Part shown: positions 1-8,956 of the stretch, piece by piece
Numbering within the stretch: the first letter of the stretch is position 1
How the letters are laid out: each line of letters starts with the position of its first letter
Assembly (NCBI GenBank): GCA_964510165.1
Contig: CAZEBC010000004.1
Location: 15,879-50,496 of the forward strand
Direction: 5' to 3'
DNA from: an uncultured bacterium
GTDB taxonomy: Bacteria > Abyssobacteria > SURF-5
Length of the DNA stretch: 34,618 bases
Position numbers and translations under genes: made by a program
Notes under the pieces: generated by a model
The model's database searches: none
The model's input: the letters and a program-made list of their open reading frames with translations, nothing else
Told to the model about the DNA's origin: nothing

Positions 1-60
1 GACACCATGCGGCATGGTGTCCCCAAATAACCTCGTGTTGCGGCTCTGCCGGGCTGTGGA
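1..60. repeat. Palindromic intergenic repeat (GGGGACAC..GTGTCCCC family), truncated by the window edge, plus a GCGGCTCTGCCG tail
   Basis: gacaccatgc-g-gcatggtgtc palindrome; 1-60 closely matches 29718-29778, including the downstream gcggctctgccg..gct.tgga segment. Confidence 0.85.
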
Positions 61-193
61 TGGGGAGATGAAAGGCTCGATCTTCCCGGATCGGTCGCGG
101 CCGTTCGGACGCACCGCTGCCAAAATTTAAAACATTGACAGAGCGGAGGTTTCGTTGATTTCGAGCTTTTCTTTAGCTTCAATCAAACATTTC

Positions 194-222
194 TTGACAA
201 AAGGGAAACCCTGTGGTATATT
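194..222 (+). promoter_or_regulatory. Sigma70-type promoter upstream of csp
   Basis: TTGACA (194-199), 17-nt spacer, TGn extended -10, TATATT (217-222). Confidence 0.8.
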
Positions 223-294
223 TATGTCACTTTTGAAACAATGGAAGAGTGACACCAGTTTTTCTAGTGTTCTTGGAGCAAGCGATGTAAAGAT

Positions 295-334
295 TCGCAG
301 AATGCAAATGTGGATTCTGCGATTTTTCTTTTTT
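295..334 (+). terminator. Intrinsic terminator-like hairpin inside the csp 5' leader
   Basis: tcgcagaat (295-303) pairs with attctgcga (314-322), followed by TTTTTCTTTTTT (323-334). Confidence 0.6.
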
Positions 335-382
335 GGCCCCTCGAGTGGGTTTGATGGAAGGTGAAGTAGGAGGTAAAGCTTC

Positions 383-589
383 ATGGCGCCGACGGGATTA
401 GTGAAGTGGTTCGACAACAAGAAGGGCTTTGGTTTCATCAAGCGGGAGGAGGGTGACGACGTATTTGTTCATTATACCGCGATAAAGGGTGACGGCTTCA
501 AGACCCTCCAGCAGGATGAGAAAGTCTCCTTCGACATCATCGAGGGGCCGAAGGGTTTGCAGGCGGCGAACGTTTCCAAGGTCGAATGA
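383..589 (+). CDS. csp: Cold-shock protein (CspA family RNA chaperone)
   Basis: 68 aa; GxVKWF, RNP1 KGFGFI, RNP2 [25 protein letters not shown] upstream. Confidence 0.97.
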   Translation: MAPTGLVKWFDNKKGFGFIKREEGDDVFVHYTAIKGDGFKTLQQDEKVSFDIIEGPKGLQAANVSKVE

Positions 590-743
590 CGTCCGGAACC
601 GGGAAAGCCCGAAATGATTCGCGACGGATGTGCGGTCTTTCCCGGGAATCGTCGCTGGCTGAGGATGGGGCTTTCGAGGGTGCGCTTTTTACCTGGACCG
701 GACCTGCAATGTGGTAGAGGCGGCGTCTGAAGGTGAGGGAGAG

Positions 744-971
744 TCACAGTTTGTTATAACTGTGGCAGCGAGGACATTGCGAGACGTCTTCTTCACCCGC
801 CAGATACATGTAACCGCAGTAAGCACATCGCCACTTTTTCTGGCTCGTTCCGAGCCCTACAAGGGTTCCGCCGTGCGCGTTGAACTCTATCCACATCCAA
901 ATCCCTAGCAGCAGGAGCACGATCGCCCCCATATAGGCGAGGATTGCAATGTAGAAGTTCACCTCAAGCAT
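744..971 (-). CDS. Small membrane protein with C-terminal CxxC-x13-CxxC zinc-ribbon-like motif
   Basis: 75 aa; N-terminal hydrophobic helix, then CAYC...CPRC; ATG 1 nt after the stop of the upstream gene. Confidence 0.75.
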   Translation of the reverse strand: MLEVNFYIAILAYMGAIVLLLLGIWMWIEFNAHGGTLVGLGTSQKKWRCAYCGYMYLAGEEDVSQCPRCHSYNKL

Positions 972-972
972 A

Positions 973-1431
973 TCACTCGTCGAAGATTGTGGGAAATGCG
1001 GGACCTAGGGCAAATTCCGTGATTGGCATAGCCTTGGACTCTGGAGGAGCTTGTGCGAAGGCATCCTGCGGCTCTGAGTATGCCATATCGGCCAGAGCGG
1101 CAATGTCGAGTTGCGGGACAAGCGTCTCCTTCACGGTGAAATAAGGGGCGCCGGGAACGCCGACGCGCATCCATTCTTGCGCGTCGCCGCTCATGCGGGT
1201 TAACGCCTCCTGCGCCGGGAAGGGGGGCTCGATCCTGCCGGGAGTCGGCCATGCGGCCTCGTTCTGAATGATCTCGCCTTTTCCCGGCCCGCGCACGAGA
1301 ATTGTTAGAGACAGGTTCTTTGCCTCCGGAGGCGAAAAGCTGAGCGTGACGTTGCGGAAGAGCAGCACGAAGCCCGCGTGCATAACGACCGAGAGCAGGA
1401 CGAAGACTCCTATTTTGCGGGAATCAAGCAC
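973..1431 (-). CDS. TonB/TolA-like single-pass membrane protein lacking a C-terminal TonB domain
   Basis: 152 aa; TM helix with S-x3-H (LLSVVMH), Pro-rich tail; directly follows exbD with a GGAGG RBS. Confidence 0.65.
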   Translation of the reverse strand: MLDSRKIGVFVLLSVVMHAGFVLLFRNVTLSFSPPEAKNLSLTILVRGPGKGEIIQNEAAWPTPGRIEPPFPAQEALTRMSGDAQEWMRVGVPGAPYFTVKETLVPQLDIAALADMAYSEPQDAFAQAPPESKAMPITEFALGPAFPTIFDE

Positions 1432-1440
1432 CGGCCCCTC

Positions 1441-1851
1441 CTATTGCGGTTCGGTGGCGATGCCGAGGGAATCGACGCCGACGCTCTTGGCGATTCCCAT
1501 GATCTCGACCAGCTTGCCCGTTTCCACGCGTTTGTCCGGCTTAATGAGGACCATCTTCTTCTCCGCCCTGGTGACTCGTTCGAGCAGGGCTATCGGCAGT
1601 TGGGTTGTCGAGATTTTCTGGTCGTTCAGAAAGATGTCGTTGGTTCGGGTAATGGTGATGACGATGTCCTGCTCCTCCTTCAGTTTCGGGGCCCTGGCCT
1701 TGGGCAGGTCAACGTTGATGCCGGTCTGGAGGACGAAGCTCGAGCTGAGCATGAAGAATATGAGCAACTGAAGCACGCAGTCGATCATCGGCGTCATATT
1801 GAGCGAGACCTGAAGTTTTTCGTGCGTAACCGGTTTTTTCCTAAACTGCAT
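1441..1851 (-). CDS. exbD: Biopolymer transport protein ExbD/TolR
   Basis: 136 aa; LNMTPMIDxVxxLLIFFM with the conserved TM Asp, VDLP, IKPDKRV. Confidence 0.93.
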   Translation of the reverse strand: MQFRKKPVTHEKLQVSLNMTPMIDCVLQLLIFFMLSSSFVLQTGINVDLPKARAPKLKEEQDIVITITRTNDIFLNDQKISTTQLPIALLERVTRAEKKMVLIKPDKRVETGKLVEIMGIAKSVGVDSLGIATEPQ

Positions 1852-2470
1852 GGATGCGTTCCTTTTCCGAGAGGATGTCGAGCAGTTCGGAAGACAGGAT
1901 TTCCATCTCCCATACCATGTTGTCGACCTGGGTGACGAAATAATTGTATGCGACGAGGGTGGGTATGGCAGCGATCAAACCCCACACTGTCGTAAGCAGA
2001 GCGGTTCCGATGCCGCCCGCGAGGTCACCCGGGGTGACGGCGCCGCCGTGGCTTTGGATGACCATGAACGCCTCGGTCATGCCGACGACGGTACCGAGCA
2101 GGCCGAGCAGGGGCGCTATGTTGGCGATAGTGCCCAGCACGCTCAGGTAACGCTCGAGGCTGGGGATCACGAGCAGCCCGGCATCTTCGACGGCCTCCCT
2201 GATCTCGGGGCGCGGGCGGCCGTGCTTCTGGAGGCCGGCCTTCAGGATGAAGGCGAGCGGCCCGCCGGTCTCCTCACAGAGATTGATGGCGTCGGAAATC
2301 CGGTTGTGCTTCAATATCTCGCGGATATTATCCATGAGGTCCTTGGAATACGCTCGGGCCCGCCTCAGGCTGAAGAAGCGCTCCAGTATGACTGCAACCG
2401 AGACCAACGAACAGGCGAGGATGGGAATCATCAGCCAGCCTCCGCCTGTAATGATGTTAATCTGTGACAT
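1841..2470 (-). CDS. exbB: MotA/TolQ/ExbB proton channel family protein
   Basis: 209 aa; GGWLMIPI, IAPLLGLLGTVVGM, GIGTALLTTVWGLIAAIP; AGGAGGT RBS. Confidence 0.93.
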   Translation of the reverse strand: MSQINIITGGGWLMIPILACSLVSVAVILERFFSLRRARAYSKDLMDNIREILKHNRISDAINLCEETGGPLAFILKAGLQKHGRPRPEIREAVEDAGLLVIPSLERYLSVLGTIANIAPLLGLLGTVVGMTEAFMVIQSHGGAVTPGDLAGGIGTALLTTVWGLIAAIPTLVAYNYFVTQVDNMVWEMEILSSELLDILSEKERIHAV

Positions 2471-2514
2471 CCCTACCTCCTTTTAGAAGTGCACGTCTCT
2501 AAGCATCTCTCTTG

Positions 2515-5500
2515 TCAGTTGTTCCGCGTCAGTCTGTTCAATGCCTTCAAGGCCGCCATGCCCGCCGCCTCCTCGGGGTAGGAGGCAACCACGGCGGAAT
2601 ACAGGTGTCGCGCTTCCTCGATCATGCCGTCGCGTTCAAGCAGCATTGCCGTCTGCAGGAGCGCCCTCTCTTCCCATCCGGCGGGGAATCCGCCGCGCGC
2701 GATGATGGTAAGCTCCTCGACCGCTTCGGCTCTGCGGTCCAGTTCGGCGAGGCATTCGGCGACCGCAAAGCGGGCCCGGGCCGCGATCTCGTTCTTTTCG
2801 CCCCCGGCTGCGGCTCTGTACTGCTCGATCGCCTCTTCGAATTTGCCTGCCCTCTGGAGCGCCTTTCCCATATCATACAACACGAGCGGCCTCAATGGCG
2901 ACTCAACCTTCTGTTCGATGAAACGCGCGAATTCCTGGACCGCCTCGTCCATCCGCCCGGTTTCGAGAAGACACTCGGCCCTCTCGATATGCGCCTGTTC
3001 GAGAAGGGAGCTCTGAGGGAACCGCTGCTCCAGAAGATTGAACGTCTCCACGGCTCCCGCATGGTCACCGGCTTTACCCGCGGCTCTGGCCGCGAAGAAG
3101 ACGGCATCGTCGGCCATGAGGGAGGCTGGAAAGGACAGGCTCATCTTCAGAAGGACATCCCGGGCGTTTTGGAAATCCCCCAGCGCGTAATTGAGCCGCC
3201 CCTTCCAGAAGAGCGATTGTTCGAGCAGAGGCTCGGCCGGGGCTTCATCAATCAGCCTTCCGAAGGCCGCCGCCGCCCCTTCCGGATTTGTCCGGCTCAA
3301 CTCCGTCCAGGCGATTCCGTAGAGTGAAAACGCCCGCAGTTCCGTCGAGCGCGTCGTTCCGAGCGCTTGGCCATAAAGCGTCACGGCGTTGTCGGGAGCA
3401 TTCAATCTTTCCTCGCAGACGGCTGCCCACAACAACGCCTGGTCTCGAAGAGGGCTGTCGGGAAACATCTCGGGAAACTTCTGGAATTCCACGCTTGCGA
3501 TTTTCGGCTGGCCCTGCCTGAAGTGCGAAGCCGCCTCGAAGAAATGGGCCATATCCAAGAGGGAAGAGGCTGGATATCTTGTGACCAGGTCGCGGAAGAT
3601 TTCGACCGCACGCCCGTATTCGGCCCTCTGGAATTCCAGCCATCCCAACAGGAAGGCCGCCCTGTCGCCGAGTTCGAAGCCCCTGTCATTTTCGACGAGC
3701 GAACCGAGCAGATTGATCGGCGCCTCATCCTGGCTGATTCTTGAAAGGGCGAGAAAATACGCGGCATAGGGTGCGGCAGGACCGGACGAGTCGATACTAA
3801 GCATGCGCTCGAAGTCGTAAGAAGCCTCCTGGTACCGTCCCAGCGTCATGTTGAGGAGGCCGCTCTCAAAGACGGCTGAAGCGGCAAGCGGGTGGTCGCG
3901 CCATCTGCTCATGAACGCCCGAATGGAGGACAAGGCCTCGGCGGGTTTCCCGGCTCTGGCAAGCGAATCAGCCTTCAGGAAGAGGGCAAGCGGGACAAGC
4001 GCTTCGGGTTTTCCCACCTCGATGAACGCCTGGAATTCCGCCGCGGCCCGAGCGTACTGAGCGTTCCGATACAAGCAAAAAGCCTGATAGTAAGACGCCT
4101 GTGGAAATTTTCGCAGGGCTTCCTTGTCTGAAGTAACCCCGTCGAGTGCGCGCTCGGCGTCAGCAAAGCGTTGAGCCAGAAGGAGCGTGCCCGCCAGCGC
4201 GAAGCGCAAATCCGGCGTATGGCGTGAAGAACCCGCCTCGGAAATGAACGAGGCCAGCGTTTCCGCCGCGAGACCGGCCTGGTCGAGGCTCAGCATGCAC
4301 ACGGCATATGCGACAGCCGATTGCTCGGCCAGGGTGTCGCACGGCGCCTGCCGCATGATAGTCGAGAAGCGACCTGCGGCCTCACTCATCTTGCCGAGTC
4401 CTGCCTGGGCCAGCGCCAATTGAAATGAGACCCTGCATCGTTCAATTTCATCGCGCGGCTGCTCGATCAATTGGGCGAAAACGGTTTCCGCTCGCTGATA
4501 GTTCTTTGTGTTGAGGGAGGCGTTGCCCAGAGCGAGCCGCGCCCGTCGCCCAATTTCGTCGGAGGGATCTTTTGCGAGGAGCTCTTCAAGGGTTTGCACG
4601 GCCTGCTCATTCCGTCCCTGACCGGCCAAGAGCAAACCCGCCCGCAAGAGCGCCTCCTCGCCCATCGGGGAAGGGATCGCCGCGGCTTCGATAGAAAGAT
4701 AGCGCTTCACGGCGGACTCGGCATCGCCGATTCGCACATAATCGTCTGCAAGACGGAACTCGGCGGTGTCGCTCAGCGGACTATCCGGAAATTGCGCGAG
4801 GAATCTCTCTCGAGTCTTGACGGCTTCGGGATATCTGCCAAGTTGCTCGAGGCACCAGGCGGAGGAATCAAGCGCATGTTCTCTCAGGCCGTGGTCGGGA
4901 TACCTTTTCAGGAACCGCTGGAAGTGAGGGAGAGCGTTCGAGTAATCGCCGCGTCTGTAATAAGCCTCTCCGAGCCAATAGAGCGCGTTGGGGGCCATCT
5001 CGCAGTTGGGCCAGGCAGCAAGGAGATTTTCCAGGGTGCGGCACGCATCGGCGTAGTCGCGCGATCCGCACTGGGCCATCGCCAGTCCGTAGAGAGCGCG
5101 GTCGGCGTGGCTCCACGCGGGGTGGTCCTCAAGAAGTTCTGAGAAGGCTTTGGCGGCTCCCTCATAGTCCGCGCGTCTGTAAAGCACCTCACCCAGCAGA
5201 TAGCGGGCCCGATACACAAAACGTCCTATGGGATACTCCTCGATGAAGTCAACGAGCCGGCTCTGCGCTTCGAGCAAGTCTCCCCGTGAAATTTCCTTTT
5301 TGATGCGCATGAACTGGGCGTTCTCGTCCGCGGCCTGCGCATGCCGGGGAGCGGCGAGCGCCACGGTGAAAAGGGCGATCAGAGCGAGCAGGAGAAGCGC
5401 AACTGAGTGACCTGTAATTGCGGGCACACGCCATGCGCGCCTGCGGCTCAATTGCGGCGCCCGTGCGCTGCTGTACTTTGATTGGCGCGCAACCGGAGTC

Positions 5501-5568
5501 TGAAGGCCCGAATTACGGGACACACTCGCGGCCGGCTTTGTGACCGGATTCTGTCGAAGATGTTTCAT
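2515..5568 (-). CDS. Large exported tetratricopeptide-repeat protein (BamD/CpoB-like repeats); start uncertain (ORF open to 5616)
   Basis: ~1000 aa of repeated A-x-Y/F-x-L-G...F/Y-P-x-S TPR units; signal-peptide-like LLLLALIALFTVALAAPRHAQA. Confidence 0.88.
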   Translation of the reverse strand: MKHLRQNPVTKPAASVSRNSGLQTPVARQSKYSSARAPQLSRRRAWRVPAITGHSVALLLLALIALFTVALAAPRHAQAADENAQFMRIKKEISRGDLLEAQSRLVDFIEEYPIGRFVYRARYLLGEVLYRRADYEGAAKAFSELLEDHPAWSHADRALYGLAMAQCGSRDYADACRTLENLLAAWPNCEMAPNALYWLGEAYYRRGDYSNALPHFQRFLKRYPDHGLREHALDSSAWCLEQLGRYPEAVKTRERFLAQFPDSPLSDTAEFRLADDYVRIGDAESAVKRYLSIEAAAIPSPMGEEALLRAGLLLAGQGRNEQAVQTLEELLAKDPSDEIGRRARLALGNASLNTKNYQRAETVFAQLIEQPRDEIERCRVSFQLALAQAGLGKMSEAAGRFSTIMRQAPCDTLAEQSAVAYAVCMLSLDQAGLAAETLASFISEAGSSRHTPDLRFALAGTLLLAQRFADAERALDGVTSDKEALRKFPQASYYQAFCLYRNAQYARAAAEFQAFIEVGKPEALVPLALFLKADSLARAGKPAEALSSIRAFMSRWRDHPLAASAVFESGLLNMTLGRYQEASYDFERMLSIDSSGPAAPYAAYFLALSRISQDEAPINLLGSLVENDRGFELGDRAAFLLGWLEFQRAEYGRAVEIFRDLVTRYPASSLLDMAHFFEAASHFRQGQPKIASVEFQKFPEMFPDSPLRDQALLWAAVCEERLNAPDNAVTLYGQALGTTRSTELRAFSLYGIAWTELSRTNPEGAAAAFGRLIDEAPAEPLLEQSLFWKGRLNYALGDFQNARDVLLKMSLSFPASLMADDAVFFAARAAGKAGDHAGAVETFNLLEQRFPQSSLLEQAHIERAECLLETGRMDEAVQEFARFIEQKVESPLRPLVLYDMGKALQRAGKFEEAIEQYRAAAGGEKNEIAARARFAVAECLAELDRRAEAVEELTIIARGGFPAGWEERALLQTAMLLERDGMIEEARHLYSAVVASYPEEAAGMAALKALNRLTRNN

Positions 5569-5707
5569 CGAGCAATCTTTCGAGCCGTGCGATCTCGCGC
5601 GATTGCGGTCCTTCACGTGGCGGGGACGAAACTTGTTCTTTATTTTCGCATTCCGCGTGGGTGGACGTCAAGAAACAGCGGCTGCGAGCCGGGGTGCAGC
5701 CGCCACA

Positions 5708-6577
5708 TCAGGGAATCAACTGGGTGCCCACGCCCGTATCGGTGAAGATTTCCAGAAGCAGGGCATGGAGGATGCGGCCGTCGATGATGTGGGTCTTGCT
5801 GACTCCCGCCTTGAGCGCCCGCTCACATGCCTCGACTTTGGGGATCATCCCGCCGTCTATCACGCCGCTTTGAGTCAATTCTCCCACTTCGCTCAGGCGA
5901 AGCGTGGAGATCAGGGACGAATCGTCTCCCTTCTTCCTGAGGATACCGGGCGTGTCGGTGAGGAGCACCAGCTTTTCCGCGTTGAGCGCCGCCGCCATTT
6001 CGCCTGCGACCGAGTCGGCGTTGATGTTGTAAGTCTCACCGTTTTCGCCGACGCCGACAGGCGCCACGACGGCGATGTATCCGTTATGCTCGAGCGACCG
6101 GATCAAGCCCGGGTCTATCGCGCTCACCTTGCCGACGTAGCCGATGTCCACTCCCGGCGCGCCTTCCGGAAAATATTTGGTCGAGCGGATAAGGTTGCCG
6201 TCCTTGCCCGAGACGCCGACGGCCTTGCCGCCTGCTTGATTGATCAGCGTGACGATCTCCTTGTTGATGCGGCCGACCAGCACCATCTCGACAACGTCTC
6301 GGGTTTCGTCGTCGGTCACGCGCATGCCCCTGTGGAATACGGGCTTTTTGCCGAGCTTTTCCATGATTTCCGAGATCGCTTTGCCGCCGCCGTGGACAAC
6401 GACAGGGTTCATGCCCACGTATTTCATCAAAACCACGTCCCTGGCGGTCGAGCGCCGTATTTGTTCGTCTTCCATCGCGCTTCCGCCATACTTAATGACG
6501 ACCGTTTTGCCGTAGAACTGACGGAAGTATGGGAGCGCCTCGCTCAGGATTTTGGCTTTTTCGATCAGTCTTTCCAT
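5708..6577 (-). CDS. argB: Acetylglutamate kinase
   Basis: 289 aa; VIKYGGSAM, VHGGG, GMRVTD, YNINAD, GGMIPKV, LLLEIFTDTGVGT. Confidence 0.97.
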   Translation of the reverse strand: MERLIEKAKILSEALPYFRQFYGKTVVIKYGGSAMEDEQIRRSTARDVVLMKYVGMNPVVVHGGGKAISEIMEKLGKKPVFHRGMRVTDDETRDVVEMVLVGRINKEIVTLINQAGGKAVGVSGKDGNLIRSTKYFPEGAPGVDIGYVGKVSAIDPGLIRSLEHNGYIAVVAPVGVGENGETYNINADSVAGEMAAALNAEKLVLLTDTPGILRKKGDDSSLISTLRLSEVGELTQSGVIDGGMIPKVEACERALKAGVSKTHIIDGRILHALLLEIFTDTGVGTQLIP

Positions 6578-6619
6578 ATGGATGCCCTTAGTGAATTGTT
6601 ACCTTTTGCTCTTGCGCGG

Positions 6620-6653
6620 GCGCACGCCGTGCGCGGTGCGAATTTATTCGCAC
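6620..6653. repeat. Two adjacent REP-like palindromes lacking the GTAG head
   Basis: gcgcacg-c-cgtgcgc (6620-6634) and gtgcgaat-tt-attcgcac (6636-6653); resemble REP cores at 22288 and 23181. Confidence 0.5.
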
Positions 6654-6667
6654 ATTTGCGTTTGCGT

Positions 6668-7876
6668 CTACGTTCGATACGACGCGTTGATCTTCACATA
6701 ATCATACGAAAGGTCGCACGTCAAGACGGTGGCGGTCTCGCCGCCGGCGTTGAGAATCAGGGTTATCTCGACCTCGTTTCGGGAGAGCAGTTCTTTGGCG
6801 CGGGTTTCATCGAACCTCCAGGGGCTGCCCTCCTTCAGGACAATCAGGTCTCCCAGGAGTATATCAACTTTGCCGGGATCGAACTCCACGCCCGCCCTGC
6901 CCGCCGCGCAGATTATGCGTCCCCAGTTCGCGTCGTTTCCAAAAATCGCGGTCTTGACAAGCAGCGAATTCGCGATGGTCTTTGCGATCTGGCGGGCCGC
7001 CGCAGCGTTCTGAGCGCCCGTGACGGTCACGCGGGCCAGCTTTGTCGCTCCCTCGCCGTCCCTTACGATCATTTCGGCCAGGCGCATGCACACGTAATGG
7101 AGAGCTGCCCGAAAGGTTGGGCAATCCACTGACAAGTCATCAATGACTGCCGTGTTGGAGGCGCCATTGGCGAGGACGAGCACGGTGTCGTTGGTGCTCG
7201 AGTCGCCGTCAACCGTAATCGAATTGAATGAGGGTTCTACGGCGGCCCGGAGCGTATGATGCAGGCATTCGCGTTCGACGTTGGCGTCGGTGGTGATGAA
7301 CACGAGCATCGTCGCCAGGTCGGGGCAGATCATGCCCGCGCCTTTCGCCATTCCCCCGATGACGATTTCCCCCCGGGAAAGCGGGACCCTGATCGCGACC
7401 TTCTTCGGGAACGTGTCGGTTGTCATGATTGCGCGCGCGGCCTGTTCGCCGCCGTCCCGACTCACCATGGGCGCCAGTTTCTCGATCCCCTTCATGATCT
7501 TGTCTATTGGCAACGTCTGGCCTATGACGCCCGTTGACGCAACTGCCGCCTCCAACGGCGCCAAGCCGAGACATCGCTCGGCGGTGCGAGCCATGGCCTC
7601 GGCGTCCACCTTGCCCTGCTTTCCGGTGACTGCGTTCGCATTTCCGCTGTTGACGACGATTGCTCGCGCGGAGCCATGCTTCAGGACATGCTGGTTATAA
7701 AGCACGGGGGCGGCCTTCACCAAGTTTCTTGTAAAGACCCCGGCGACGGCGGCTGACCTCTCCGAGAAGATGATGGCGAGGTCGGGCTGGCCGTCCTTCT
7801 TGATGCCGCAGTGGAGCCCCCCGGCGAGAAAACCGGCGGGCGCGGTCACGCCGCCTTCTGTCTCAGTGAATTGCAC
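6668..7876 (-). CDS. argJ: Ornithine acetyltransferase / N-acetylglutamate synthase ArgJ
   Basis: 402 aa; NSGNANA, ASTGVIG, IMTTD, AKGAGMI, DGDSSTND (usual autocleavage motif DTSTND), DGEGATK, C-terminal INASYRT. Confidence 0.96.
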   Translation of the reverse strand: MQFTETEGGVTAPAGFLAGGLHCGIKKDGQPDLAIIFSERSAAVAGVFTRNLVKAAPVLYNQHVLKHGSARAIVVNSGNANAVTGKQGKVDAEAMARTAERCLGLAPLEAAVASTGVIGQTLPIDKIMKGIEKLAPMVSRDGGEQAARAIMTTDTFPKKVAIRVPLSRGEIVIGGMAKGAGMICPDLATMLVFITTDANVERECLHHTLRAAVEPSFNSITVDGDSSTNDTVLVLANGASNTAVIDDLSVDCPTFRAALHYVCMRLAEMIVRDGEGATKLARVTVTGAQNAAAARQIAKTIANSLLVKTAIFGNDANWGRIICAAGRAGVEFDPGKVDILLGDLIVLKEGSPWRFDETRAKELLSRNEVEITLILNAGGETATVLTCDLSYDYVKINASYRT

Positions 7877-7909
7877 CTGCCACCTCCCTTGCAGTGCCCC
7901 CGCAAGATT

Positions 7910-8956
7910 TCAAGGTGTAAGACCGCCGAAGCGCAGGCCAGTCTGCTCCGGCAGGCCAAACATGAGATTCATGCACTGCACCGCCTGGCCTGCAGCGCCC
8001 TTGCACAGGTTATCGATGGCAGAGATCATCAAGAGCTTGCCGGTCCGCTGGTCGTGCGCGAGACCGATGTCGCAGTAATTGCTGCCACGGACAAACCTGA
8101 TTTCGGGATACGAGCCGGGACCACATACACGGACGAAGGGTGCATCTTTATAGAAGTCCTCATATATCCGGACGACATCCGCTGTCGAGCCTTCCGACGC
8201 CGCGTTCGCAGTTATTGTTGTGAGTATTCCCCTGTTCGCCGGCACGAGGTGCGGCGTGAACTGCACCTTAATGCTTCGACCGGCGAGCAGCGAAAGCTCC
8301 TGCTCGATCTCGGGTGTGTGGCGATGCGAGGTGACTCCGTACGCTCGAAGGTTATCGGCTATCTCTGGGAAATGAGTTTGAAGCGTGGGTTTCTGTCCTG
8401 CGCCGGAGACACCCGAAAGCGAGTTGATGACGATGGAGTCAAGCGCAATGAGCCGGTGTGTGATGGCGGGCGCGAGCGCCAGCAGCGCGCCCGTGGGATA
8501 GCAGCCGGGCAGCGCAATGAGCCGGGCGTCACGCGCCTGGGCGCCATGGAGTTCCGGCAGGCCATAGACGCTCGTCTGGAGGAGGTCCCTTTCCGAATGG
8601 GCGGCCTGGTACCATTCTTCATAAACTTGCGGGTCTTTCAACCGAAAGTCGGCGCTGTAGTCAACGACGCGCGCGCCTTCCCTGACGAGCGCCGCGGCGA
8701 TCGGCATCGCCTGCGTGTGAGGAATGGCCAGGAACACCGCATCGGACTTGCCAGCGACCTCTTTGACATCGAGTTCCACCAGTTCCATGTCGAGCAGGCC
8801 GCGGAGCGAGGGGAATACATCGGCGATGTTCGAGCCTGCGAATTGACGCGAGGTGAGGACGGAGATTTCGACCTCCGGATGCAGGGCGAGCAGGCGCACC
8901 ATCTCGCCGCCGGTGTAGCCGTTCGCCCCGACTATGGAGACCCTGAGCTTCTTCAT
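7910..8956 (-). CDS. argC: N-acetyl-gamma-glutamyl-phosphate reductase
   Basis: 348 aa from ATG 8956 (ATGA overlap with rnr stop); GANGYTG, YGLPE, PGCYPT, SGVSGAG, HRHTPEI, IDNLCKGAAGQAVQ. Confidence 0.96.
   Translation of the reverse strand: MKKLRVSIVGANGYTGGEMVRLLALHPEVEISVLTSRQFAGSNIADVFPSLRGLLDMELVELDVKEVAGKSDAVFLAIPHTQAMPIAAALVREGARVVDYSADFRLKDPQVYEEWYQAAHSERDLLQTSVYGLPELHGAQARDARLIALPGCYPTGALLALAPAITHRLIALDSIVINSLSGVSGAGQKPTLQTHFPEIADNLRAYGVTSHRHTPEIEQELSLLAGRSIKVQFTPHLVPANRGILTTITANAASEGSTADVVRIYEDFYKDAPFVRVCGPGSYPEIRFVRGSNYCDIGLAHDQRTGKLLMISAIDNLCKGAAGQAVQCMNLMFGLPEQTGLRFGGLTP

Noticed and set aside
135-165. Second TTGACA upstream of csp
   Set aside because: No acceptable -10 hexamer at 16-18 nt spacing.
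599-676. GC-rich stems between csp and the convergent Zn-ribbon gene
   Set aside because: No clear U-tract or recognisable RNA family; at most a weak terminator.
960-975. Possible TGA readthrough or frameshift restoring a TonB C-terminal domain
   Set aside because: The next gene starts 1 nt after the stop, and no TonB_C-like sequence is visible in the downstream frames.
5405-5527. Imperfect inverted repeat (gagtgacctgtaatt / aattacgggacacactc) in the TPR 5' region, with a 12-nt match at 19305-19316
   Set aside because: Short and gapped; could be a decayed repeat but cannot be told from chance by eye.
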